Virus record (IMG/VR): IMGVR_UViG_3300010356_003454
Span: 8,820 to 72,819 of that record
Length of the DNA: 64,000 bases
Direction: 5' to 3' (one strand)
Origin: a virus
Taxonomy: Duplodnaviria > Heunggongvirae > Uroviricota > Caudoviricetes
Below the pieces are notes generated by a model, which worked only from the letters and a program-made list of their open reading frames with translations, searched no databases and was not told where the DNA came from. The translations under genes were made by a program, and so were the position numbers. Of this stretch, positions 55,969 through 64,000 are shown piece after piece. Numbering within the stretch: the first letter of the stretch is position 1; every line of letters starts with the position of its first letter.

Positions 55969-57500
55969 AATTTCAAATTACAGAAGATGGGAAATTCCTA
56001 AAATTGGTTGATTCGACTCAACTTGAATTGGAGCAGCTAGAAGCTTCGATGACTAAAAAACCAGATAATTGGTTTATAATTCGTAAAAAACTTCCCCATT
56101 GGGATGGAGAGATAAAATTTATCGATAGGTATAATAGAATTCCTATCGGACTATGGGGAGAAGTTCAGAAGTTATCTAAAAAATATAATTTTCCTCTGGT
56201 TCTAGATACAGGAGATGCTTTGCAGGATCCTAATTTCTCTGAAGAAGATTTTGATTCTTGGGTTGTTGATCATTTTGAGCATTCCACTATAAATCCTAGA
56301 CAATACCAGATTGAGGCAGTTCAAAGAGCTCTTAAATACATGAACTGTACGGAAGAAATATCCACTTCTGGAGGAAAAACCCTCATTGCTTATATGATGT
56401 TTAGATATCTTTTGGATAGGAAGGGGCTTAAAAGAATGCTGTATATCGTTCCTAATATAGGCCTCGTAGAGCAGACCGAAGATAAATTTAAGGAATATGA
56501 GGCTAAAGCAAAGATAAAAAATGTTCCATGGGAATCCATAGCAATTTACGGGGGATCAGATCGAAGAGGTGAAGATGAGGCTCATATAGTTTTTGGAACT
56601 TATCAGTCGTTAGCAAAAAAGAGTTTAGAGTATTTTGGGAAATTCGATGCAGTAATAGTGGATGAGACCCACCATGCAAAAGCTAATTCGATTAAAACCA
56701 TTCTCATTAAATGCTATAATGCTAAATGGAAAATTGGTCTCACAGGATCTTTACCTAAAGAGGGATCTTGTGATTCCTTTACTATTCAGGCATATCTGGG
56801 ACCAATGGTCTATCAGCTACATTCCCATCAGCTTATTGAAGACGGCAATGCTACTCCGGTTCATGTTGTTGGAATTGAAATGGACTATATTTCAGATGAG
56901 GTTAAGAAGAATCTCTATGATCTTCGAATGCAAAAAGCTGATGAGAAGGACGGAAGCAAATTATTGAATCTGGAAAAACAAATTGCAAGGGAGGATAGAA
57001 AAAGACTCCTTTATGTTTGTGATATAATTTCTAGGGCAAAGAAAAATGCTCTTGTTCTTTTTTCAGATATTAAAAATTCTTATGGCAGAAATATTTATGA
57101 CTGGCTGAGAGAGAATACGACTAAAAATGTCTATTATATTGACGGAAATACAGAAGCCGAAAGACGTGAGTTTTATAAGCATAAGATGGAAGAGGAATCT
57201 GATGTAGTTCTTGTAGCTTCTATTGGAGTCTTTTCGGAGGGTATTGATATTCTTAATCTTCATAACCTCTATATCGTAGAGAGTTCCAAGTCTGAAATAA
57301 TTGTTCGTCAGATGCTGGGGCGAGGTATGAGACTCATGGATGGAAAGGATAAAATAACAGTTTTTGATTTTTCCGATAATTTTCAATATGGAACTCATCA
57401 ATGGCAGAAAAAGAATTATCTCCTCAGACACGCGGACGAGAGAAGAAAGATTTATAAGGACAAAAGATTCCCATACAAACTCTTTAAGGTGAAGTTATAA
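55965..57500 (+). CDS. uvsW: UvsW-like superfamily 2 DNA helicase
   Basis: PRQYQ, STSGGKT, VDETHHA, GLTGS, SEGIDI.NL, RQMLGRGMR; ATGA overlap at 55965. Confidence 0.9.
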   Translation: MKFQITEDGKFLKLVDSTQLELEQLEASMTKKPDNWFIIRKKLPHWDGEIKFIDRYNRIPIGLWGEVQKLSKKYNFPLVLDTGDALQDPNFSEEDFDSWVVDHFEHSTINPRQYQIEAVQRALKYMNCTEEISTSGGKTLIAYMMFRYLLDRKGLKRMLYIVPNIGLVEQTEDKFKEYEAKAKIKNVPWESIAIYGGSDRRGEDEAHIVFGTYQSLAKKSLEYFGKFDAVIVDETHHAKANSIKTILIKCYNAKWKIGLTGSLPKEGSCDSFTIQAYLGPMVYQLHSHQLIEDGNATPVHVVGIEMDYISDEVKKNLYDLRMQKADEKDGSKLLNLEKQIAREDRKRLLYVCDIISRAKKNALVLFSDIKNSYGRNIYDWLRENTTKNVYYIDGNTEAERREFYKHKMEEESDVVLVASIGVFSEGIDILNLHNLYIVESSKSEIIVRQMLGRGMRLMDGKDKITVFDFSDNFQYGTHQWQKKNYLLRHADERRKIYKDKRFPYKLFKVKL

Positions 57501-57516
57501 TAACTTCACTTTTTTT
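57489..57516 (+). terminator. Intrinsic terminator
   Basis: GTGAAGTTA-taa-TAACTTCAC plus T7. Confidence 0.8.
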
Positions 57517-57546
57517 ATGGATAAATAAAGAAAATGACTCTTTATT

Positions 57547-57909
57547 ATGAGAAAATTTGTTGCCGAGAATATCGAAGAAGTAAAAGAATGGGTTTCTTCA
57601 GATACAGGATTTGAATTATATGCTGAACCTGCTGATAACGGAGGTGATATGAATGTTTCGGATCTTTCTGATGAAGATATTCAGGACCTAATTCCACCAC
57701 CAGGATTTAAATTTAATCCAGCTTCTTTTTCTGAATATGTAGATACCCTAATTGAAGCAATTCCCGAAAATCCGGTTTTTGTTGCTAAGGCTTTTGATGC
57801 AGCCCTTAAACAACATCCTTATCTAACTCAGAGAGGAGTAGGATTTAAACAGAATAATCCATTTGAAGCATCAATACAAAAATTTATTCAGGCTCTAAGA
57901 AGCTTATAA
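57547..57909 (+). CDS. Hypothetical protein, possible internal head protein
   Basis: MRKFVAENIEE leader; late promoter upstream. Confidence 0.65.
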   Translation: MRKFVAENIEEVKEWVSSDTGFELYAEPADNGGDMNVSDLSDEDIQDLIPPPGFKFNPASFSEYVDTLIEAIPENPVFVAKAFDAALKQHPYLTQRGVGFKQNNPFEASIQKFIQALRSL

Positions 57910-57911
57910 TT

Positions 57912-58490
57912 ATGAAGGCTAAAACCGTTTTCGAAGAGGTTCGATTCAATTTTAAAGGAAGTCCTACAGATAGATTCCGGGTTAAACCTGGAATAAAAAG
58001 AGGGCCTTCTGAGAATCCTAGAAAACAGAGATCCGGACTAAATCCCGATGAAGAAGAAATTGTAAATAGATTTCGTGATAAATTAGAGAAAATTAGAGAC
58101 GAGATCTATTCATTAGAGGATGAAAAAGAATCATTAGAGAGGGATCTAGAGGATCTGGCAGAAACCCCGTTTGACTCAGGAGAACTTGAAGAGTTTTATG
58201 CAGATGTTCAGAACAGATATGGATTCAATGCTTTAGATATTCTTAATTCTGGAATGGAAGACGAAGAAAAAATCAAGGCTATAGATGCTCTTAATCCTCG
58301 AGAGGATTTCGGGAGGAGAGAATTTGAAGATCTAATGCATAATTATAATTATTATCATCCAGCAGGGGCGGACCAGGATCAGGTAGAAAAAATTGAAAAG
58401 AGAATAAGAGCTATCGAAAATGTTCTCAAAGAAAGAGAAGGCATGATTGATAGACTCGAGACTAAAATATATAATTTGGAGAACTATTAA
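57912..58490 (+). CDS. Coiled-coil hypothetical protein
   Basis: MKAKTVFEE leader; two heptad segments. Confidence 0.7.
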   Translation: MKAKTVFEEVRFNFKGSPTDRFRVKPGIKRGPSENPRKQRSGLNPDEEEIVNRFRDKLEKIRDEIYSLEDEKESLERDLEDLAETPFDSGELEEFYADVQNRYGFNALDILNSGMEDEEKIKAIDALNPREDFGRREFEDLMHNYNYYHPAGADQDQVEKIEKRIRAIENVLKEREGMIDRLETKIYNLENY

Positions 58491-58492
58491 TT

Positions 58493-59386
58493 ATGGCATT
58501 TTTAAGAGAAGGCGCGGTAAAAGATCTTATGACCCGAGGACCTAATAAGGATACTTTGGTTCAATGGGCTTCTCAAAATGTTCTTACCTCTAGAGAAAAT
58601 CCAGGGGAGAGAATTCGAGAGTATGCTCATCAGTTTGGTCTTACTGTGTCAGAATTAGAATCCTTAACGAATATATTTCTTGGCATGGAACAGAGCCCAT
58701 CAGATTCAGATGTTTTGCTAGATTTATTATCTAGTATTAAGGAAGCCCGAGAATTTGGAGATATTAGGGAAGACCTCCATTTTGATAATGAATATATAAA
58801 TAAAACTAAAAATATGAAAGAATCTATTTTAATGCCTCGACTACTAAAAGAGGATCATCATAAAGAGTGTTCCGATGAGGCTTCAATGGTAAAGATTCAG
58901 CTTAAGAGTATTATTGATGAAGCTGGTGAAATTTTACAAGGATTAGATAGTTGCGAGCAGATAGATGCTTGGGTTCAGAGCAAAATTTCTATAGCAGAGG
59001 ATTACATCTCAACGGTTGCTAAATATATGAAATATGAAGAGGAAGAGGCTCCTGCTGAATTACCTCTAGTTCCTGCTGAAGATGAACTTATAGGTGGACC
59101 TAAGGTTTCAGATGAACCACTATCATTACCTAAAGATGACATGATGATGCCTCCTATGGGTCCTGATGTAGAACCAGAAGGAGAATTAGTTCAGTCCGAA
59201 ATTGAAATTGATGCAGATGATGAATTGGAAGAACCAGAAGATGATGGATTTGATGAATTTGCTGAAGATGATGAATTTTCGGAAGATGATGAATTTGTTG
59301 ATGATGAAGATATGGAAGAAGCAGAACCTGAAGAAGATGATTTAGAAATATTTTCTAAAGCTGATTTCGAAAATATAAAAGGCTAA
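58493..59386 (+). CDS. Acidic protein with possible nested start at 58814
   Basis: EASMVKIQL..WVQSKI..AEDYI..Y domain and a long D/E tail; late-promoter motif at 58790 inside the ORF. Confidence 0.7.
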   Translation: MAFLREGAVKDLMTRGPNKDTLVQWASQNVLTSRENPGERIREYAHQFGLTVSELESLTNIFLGMEQSPSDSDVLLDLLSSIKEAREFGDIREDLHFDNEYINKTKNMKESILMPRLLKEDHHKECSDEASMVKIQLKSIIDEAGEILQGLDSCEQIDAWVQSKISIAEDYISTVAKYMKYEEEEAPAELPLVPAEDELIGGPKVSDEPLSLPKDDMMMPPMGPDVEPEGELVQSEIEIDADDELEEPEDDGFDEFAEDDEFSEDDEFVDDEDMEEAEPEEDDLEIFSKADFENIKG

Positions 59387-59397
59387 AATACAGAAAA

Positions 59398-59428
59398 TAA
59401 AAAAGGGAGCTAAATGCTCCCTTTTTTT
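59398..59428. terminator. Bidirectional terminator
   Basis: A run-GGGAGC-taaat-GCTCCC-T run between convergent genes. Confidence 0.8.
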
Positions 59429-59434
59429 GTGAGA

Positions 59435-60778
59435 TTATCTTCGACCTTTTGAAGAGCCAGAAGAGCTAGAAGATCTAGAAGAGCTAGATGATCCAGTCGA
59501 GCTTCTGCCTATACTCGATGAACCGCTTGAGCTTCTCATAGAAGATCCAGAACTACTCCTTATTTGTGTTGAAGACCCAGATGAACTTCTGGAATAAGAT
59601 CCAGGAGATACTGAAGACGGTCTCGAAGATGTTGATGGTCTTATTGTCTGTATTGTTCTATTTGTGTTTGAAGGAGAAGAATATGTACTTCTTGTCTGAG
59701 TTCTTGTTTGTGGTGCTGTCCTTACCTGATTTCCAGAATTTGTTGTGGAAGATCTCCTATAAGTATTCGTATTTGTATTATTATATTGTGGTCTTGTCTG
59801 CATTCTGGGCTTTTGATAAGTTGGTGTATATGTTCTTCCTGATTCGTTATATAATGGCTTTGTTGAAGGATCCTGAGATTTTGTAGTAGGCGTTACAGTT
59901 CTCGTAGTTGTTGAGACCTGAGTTCTCCTTGTTTCTTGAGTTCTTGTTATAGGAGTGGAGGGCCTATTAGCTTCTGTTCTTGTAACAGTGCTAACCCTTC
60001 TCTGCCCTTCAACTTTAGTTCTTAAAACCTTTCCGCTTCTCCTATCAACTTCGACCGTTCTATTAACTGTAACCGGTGTTCTTAAGCTTTTAGATGAAGT
60101 TGTAGGATACTTCTGGTAAATGTTATTATAATTTCCAATATTTTTATTGGGTGAATGATATGTATAATATCTACTTCCTAAAGCTCCATATCCCCTGGAG
60201 GGCGTCCGATTATCAATATAGATATACGTGCGAGAAGGGTAGTAGCTGTATCCGTACCAGTAGTTGTATCTATAAGGATAGCTCCAATAATAATTACGAT
60301 AATATGGATAGTATCCGTAGTAATAAGGTGAGCTCCAATACCAAGGATCCCAATACCATGAGTCATAATAGAAAGGATCGTAATATCCGTAATTATAACT
60401 CCAGTATGGGGTAAATGTATATCCCCTATGAAATCTATAGATTAGAGATGTGTAATAGAGATCATTATAGACTTCCTGCTTTGCATCATAATATGCCGCT
60501 TGCTGTTCAAGTCTTAATTCTTTCTTTTCTAGGCGGAGCTCTTTTTGTTTAAGTTTTAGCTCATCCTTTTTAGCACGATAATAGAGATCGTCATATTCCC
60601 GGGACTCTTCCTTGGCATCTACATAGAGCGTATCGTTCTTGTAGATGGTATCCGGAGCCATTGCTTTTTCTTTAGCTAAGACATACTTTTCATAGTCTGA
60701 TAGCTCTCTTTCTTCCGTTTGAGCGAGAGATATATAACTAAAGAGCAAACTGATTAAGATAAATAGTAACTTTTTCAT
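59435..60778 (-). CDS. Secreted Tyr-rich / Arg-Ser-rich protein of host (Bacteroidota-like) type
   Basis: Signal peptide MKKLLFILISLLFSYISLA at 60778; EYDDLYY, YYTSLIYRFHR, Tyr/Trp/Pro-rich block, low-complexity R/S tail. Confidence 0.75.
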   Translation of the reverse strand: MKKLLFILISLLFSYISLAQTEERELSDYEKYVLAKEKAMAPDTIYKNDTLYVDAKEESREYDDLYYRAKKDELKLKQKELRLEKKELRLEQQAAYYDAKQEVYNDLYYTSLIYRFHRGYTFTPYWSYNYGYYDPFYYDSWYWDPWYWSSPYYYGYYPYYRNYYWSYPYRYNYWYGYSYYPSRTYIYIDNRTPSRGYGALGSRYYTYHSPNKNIGNYNNIYQKYPTTSSKSLRTPVTVNRTVEVDRRSGKVLRTKVEGQRRVSTVTRTEANRPSTPITRTQETRRTQVSTTTRTVTPTTKSQDPSTKPLYNESGRTYTPTYQKPRMQTRPQYNNTNTNTYRRSSTTNSGNQVRTAPQTRTQTRSTYSSPSNTNRTIQTIRPSTSSRPSSVSPGSYSRSSSGSSTQIRSSSGSSMRSSSGSSSIGRSSTGSSSSSRSSSSSGSSKGRR

Positions 60779-60896
60779 AACTCTTAAATTTAGTTTGATA
60801 TATAATATATAGTATAAAAACTGTGCCGAAAATAGAATTCGGAAAACTGCCAAAAAATTAAAGTATATATAGAATATAAAATAAAATCTTCTTATT

Positions 60897-61415
60897 ATGA
60901 GAAAATTTAACGCTGTTTTTAAGGAAAAACAGGCCATTACAGAAAAGGTTCTAGAAGAAAAACTCCTAAATCAATTTAAGGATGTTTATTCCGCTCTTTT
61001 GGAACAATACCAGACTGTAGAGTTTTATGAGTTAGATGAGGATACTCAGGTCGCTTTCCTTAGGGAACTAAATGAATACTGGACTGAAGAAGAAGGCCTA
61101 TCTAATAAAGGTCAGAAATTCCTTAAGACTAAATCCACTATTCTAACTGAATCGTCAACTGCATTACAGAAGAAATCCTTTCTTAAGAATAAAGCTACCG
61201 TTATTATATCTGAATCACTTAGACAAGCTGATCTTAAGACCAAACTATATGAAGTTCTTGATGAAATGTTTAAGAATACTCAGTCTAAAGAGATTACCGA
61301 TGTCTTACCAGTAGATGCTATCTCAGGAACGATACTTGAATCATTTGGAAGTGCTTTGCAAGACTTAATGACTGAAATTGTTTATGAACTATCTCCCGAA
61401 AAAGAAGAAGAATAA
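60897..61415 (+). CDS. Hypothetical protein, possible prohead core/internal protein
   Basis: Several I/L-x-E sites (AITE, ILTE, IISE); late promoter upstream. Confidence 0.65.
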   Translation: MRKFNAVFKEKQAITEKVLEEKLLNQFKDVYSALLEQYQTVEFYELDEDTQVAFLRELNEYWTEEEGLSNKGQKFLKTKSTILTESSTALQKKSFLKNKATVIISESLRQADLKTKLYEVLDEMFKNTQSKEITDVLPVDAISGTILESFGSALQDLMTEIVYELSPEKEEE

Positions 61416-61442
61416 TAAGAAGATCTGATATACTAAGATTAA

Positions 61443-61466
61443 AGGAGGCTAAGGCCTTCTTTTTTT
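61443..61466 (+). terminator. Intrinsic terminator
   Basis: AGGAGGC-taag-GCCTTCT plus T run. Confidence 0.65.
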
Positions 61467-61506
61467 GTGAGATATATAAGATATACTAATTTAAAAATTA
61501 AATATC

Positions 61507-63315
61507 ATGTTGAACACGCTCGAAATGGTTTTAGAAAAAAGAGGACCAGAGTATCTTAATCAACTACTAAGCGACGAAATCATTGTCACAGAAAAATTAG
61601 ATACCTACAGAATCCTCTTTGAAAATGTTAATGGAGAACTGAAGTTCTTCAAAAAAGATAATACAGAGCTCAGTCTTGTAGAAAGAGTTCTTACCAACAT
61701 TTGGGAGGATGCTATTATAGAACTTTCCATTATTCTTCACGAAGAAAAATTGCCAGAAGGCTTATGTTTTGGGGTAGCTTATACTCCAGTCAATAAGCCT
61801 ATTCGTTTATCTTATGATAAAATGCCAAAGTATATCCTAACGGATGTTACGAAAAGAAATCCATCTACGAAAAAGGTCTTGGAATCCTATGATTATGATG
61901 AAGTCACCGAATGGGCGTCCAAACTTAATTTAGGAAGGCCCCCTGTAATATTCGCCGGAAAGCTTTCGGACACTCAGAAAAAGAAGCTTATAGAATACGG
62001 AAAGGGAAATTATGATGAAGAAGAGAATTTATTAGAAATAATTGGTAATTCCTATTCTGGATCTGATATTATAGAAGGAATCATTATAAAGTCTGGAGAT
62101 CAGCTTATTCAAGTTCAGACTTATGAATTTGAAATTCTAAATGAGGCATATCAAAGAGTAGAGAGCTCCAGAGATTTTTATGATCTTACTCTGCTTAGAA
62201 TTAATTCTTTCATGGATAGGTATGATTATCCTCAGCTTACAGAAAGATCGTCCGATGAGCTCTATCTCGAATTAGTTTGCGATATATTTAATAATTATTG
62301 CAAAGCTGGAAATATCTCTGAAGATATCGATCCAAAATACTTAAATCCACCTAGTTATGGCTATTCCGGGGATTTAAACCTTCTATTAATCAAAAATCTG
62401 GATACTATTAAGATTCTCGAGAGCGGGAATAAAATTCACGAATCTGTATTTAAAATTATGCTCTCTTCTTTTAGAAAGTATAAAAAACCATATGGTCTTT
62501 TAGGAGAATCCCATGTTCAGAAATTTAATACTTATGTCTATTTCATAAATGAGAAGGTCAAAGGGCAGAGTTTAGGAACTATTCCTATGACCGAATTAAT
62601 TACAGAAGGAAAAATAGAAGAGGCTTCAGACAATGTAGTAGTTAATGCTGTTCACGATAAGATAAAAACTGATGTAGATAATATGAAAATTATTGCATCA
62701 GTTCAAAAAGCATTCCAGCCTATTGCTCCTAAACTAAATAAGGGCAAAGATAGATGCGTAATTTATTTGACTGATCCCCAGCCATTGACAAAATCGCAGG
62801 AGGAAAATATTCAGGATCTTGCTAGAGTCTGGAAAGCACCTGTTCTTCTTGCATTTGTAAGAGGAAATGCTAGACTAGATGGAGAAAAATTTCACTTATC
62901 TGATGAGATTAAGAAAGCTCAGCTAGAGGCATTTGCTGATTCCCATAAGGATATAGTCCCTGCTTTCTTCTCTATTGAATCATGGGATTTGGTAGAAATA
63001 TTCCAGTATGCTAGACCATCTTATGAGCCGATAGCAGTAATCACAGATAGCGATAAAAAGAGTGAATTTTCGGTCCAATTATACTTTGAAGAAGAAGTTA
63101 TGGGCGGTCGAATTGGTGTTGAGAAGGACTTTAATATTGGGGAGATGGAGAATAAGGATAAGTTAACTGCTTTCCGAACCATCGAAGATAATGAAGTTGT
63201 AACATTTAGAGAATTAACTCCTGATTCAGTATGGGGATATTTTAATACCATGGTTTCTGAATACAGAAAGTGGAATGGAAGTGTGCCCGAACAGTTTAAA
63301 GAGAATAAATTTTGA
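61507..63315 (+). CDS. RNA-ligase-like domain fused to a degenerate HxGH-nucleotidyltransferase-like domain
   Basis: IVTEKLDTY and IIEGIIIK in the N-terminal part; C-terminal VIYLTDPQPLTKSQ aligns by eye with the G.F.P...GH loop but lacks the histidines. Confidence 0.5.
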   Translation: MLNTLEMVLEKRGPEYLNQLLSDEIIVTEKLDTYRILFENVNGELKFFKKDNTELSLVERVLTNIWEDAIIELSIILHEEKLPEGLCFGVAYTPVNKPIRLSYDKMPKYILTDVTKRNPSTKKVLESYDYDEVTEWASKLNLGRPPVIFAGKLSDTQKKKLIEYGKGNYDEEENLLEIIGNSYSGSDIIEGIIIKSGDQLIQVQTYEFEILNEAYQRVESSRDFYDLTLLRINSFMDRYDYPQLTERSSDELYLELVCDIFNNYCKAGNISEDIDPKYLNPPSYGYSGDLNLLLIKNLDTIKILESGNKIHESVFKIMLSSFRKYKKPYGLLGESHVQKFNTYVYFINEKVKGQSLGTIPMTELITEGKIEEASDNVVVNAVHDKIKTDVDNMKIIASVQKAFQPIAPKLNKGKDRCVIYLTDPQPLTKSQEENIQDLARVWKAPVLLAFVRGNARLDGEKFHLSDEIKKAQLEAFADSHKDIVPAFFSIESWDLVEIFQYARPSYEPIAVITDSDKKSEFSVQLYFEEEVMGGRIGVEKDFNIGEMENKDKLTAFRTIEDNEVVTFRELTPDSVWGYFNTMVSEYRKWNGSVPEQFKENKF

Positions 63316-63338
63316 ATAAATAAAATAAAAGTATAGAT

Positions 63339-64000
63339 ATGTCTATAATTACTCCGACGAGAGAAGAATTAAAAGAGGCTTGCAAAATGCTTCAGTTTAA
63401 TATTAATATGCCCAGCATAATCGAATATCTTAATGAAAATGATGTTGATTATAGGGGATGGACTGATCTAGAAATGATCCGTTGGTATCTAGAAAACGGG
63501 GGTCCGATAAATGAATCTCTTAATGAAGGAACTTGGGCTTTGCCTAAATCATCTCAGGAGAGAAGGGATGCAGCTCTTTATTTCACAGATATAATTGAGA
63601 GGTTAAAGAAAGAAATCTATCCAGTATTTGGGGATGATATTCTTTTTGACGAATTTGATGGTGCTATTAGGAGAATTGAGGAGCTTTCTACTATTCCTGA
63701 AGAAGAAATTAAGGAATCCCTTAATGAAGATGTTACCATACCTCCTCAATTAGCTAATCAATACCTTACCGTTAAGAAACAAATGGCTGATAAACAGAGT
63801 AAGAGGGATCAACTTATGAAATCTGTTAATCAGGTGGATAATGAGATGAATATTCTTAATAAAAATCTTATTGCAATAGAGACAAAAGCTGCTGAATTAC
63901 AGGGAAAGGAAGTTGAACCGCAAGGAGAAAAAGCGCAGGGAACTCAGACTGTTGAGGTTCAGGGAACGGTTAAAGAGTCCTTTGATATTGATGAATGGTG
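63339..64000 (+). CDS. Hypothetical protein, 3'-truncated by window edge, possible internal head protein
   Basis: Hand-read open frame MSIITPTREELKEAC... containing INESLNE and IKESLNE; absent from the track. Confidence 0.7.
   Translation, partial: MSIITPTREELKEACKMLQFNINMPSIIEYLNENDVDYRGWTDLEMIRWYLENGGPINESLNEGTWALPKSSQERRDAALYFTDIIERLKKEIYPVFGDDILFDEFDGAIRRIEELSTIPEEEIKESLNEDVTIPPQLANQYLTVKKQMADKQSKRDQLMKSVNQVDNEMNILNKNLIAIETKAAELQGKEVEPQGEKAQGTQTVEVQGTVKESFDIDEW

Noticed and set aside
59435-60937. Track start at 60937 for the Tyr-rich protein
   Set aside because: The extra 53 codons span the AT-rich divergent promoter region and overlap the next gene; the signal peptide starts at 60778.
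118-63251. Many short antisense or off-frame ORFs in the track (e.g. 192..491, 8401..8751, 29343..30014, 52190..52522)
   Set aside because: They lie wholly within better-supported genes, lack motifs and look like shadow frames.
1-64000. CRISPR array, integrase, transposase, rRNA, reverse transcriptase
   Set aside because: No regularly spaced repeats or diagnostic motifs were seen by eye.
1-64000. Genome-wide stop-codon reassignment (TGA=Trp or TAG=Gln)
   Set aside because: Conserved genes are intact under code 11, Trp is TGG, and TGA acts as a stop in ATGA overlaps (2304, 55968); only one suspicious TGA (14224) was seen.

Overview
64 kb of an AT-rich, large T4-like (contractile-tailed, probably jumbo) phage genome. 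The host is most likely Bacteroidota: there is a TTTG-N18-TAnnTTTG promoter, BACON-like and Fib_succ_major-like domains, an outer-membrane beta-barrel and a lipoprotein, and A-rich leaders with no obvious Shine-Dalgarno. Left to right the window holds: an RNA-ligase/phosphatase/HD cluster; a tail fibre/adhesin block (3.0-18.3 kb); neck, terminase, sheath, tube, baseplate hub and tape measure genes; thyA and a GT-A glycosyltransferase; a minus-strand envelope-protein block; accessory genes (cupin, RuvC-like, tRNA-like RNA, HAD, amidase); a 2H phosphoesterase / Pol-beta nucleotidyltransferase / HxGH-nucleotidyltransferase-ligase fusion cluster; replication-recombination genes (gp32-, gp61-, UvsY-, UvsW-like); and probable internal head proteins. 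Six free-standing homing endonucleases are present. The strongest leads are (1) about a dozen proteins with T4-like capsid-targeting/prohead-protease leaders, including the nucleotide-handling enzyme cluster, (2) a classic -1 frameshift signal at the end of a 4-TM membrane protein, (3) strong D-x-S enrichment in virion proteins plus a phage glycosyltransferase, (4) a tRNA-like RNA without an anticodon arm behind its own promoter, and (5) GTTAA-N6-GTTAA boxes and promoter-occluding hairpins. All family assignments are by-eye motif recognition; no database searches were run.
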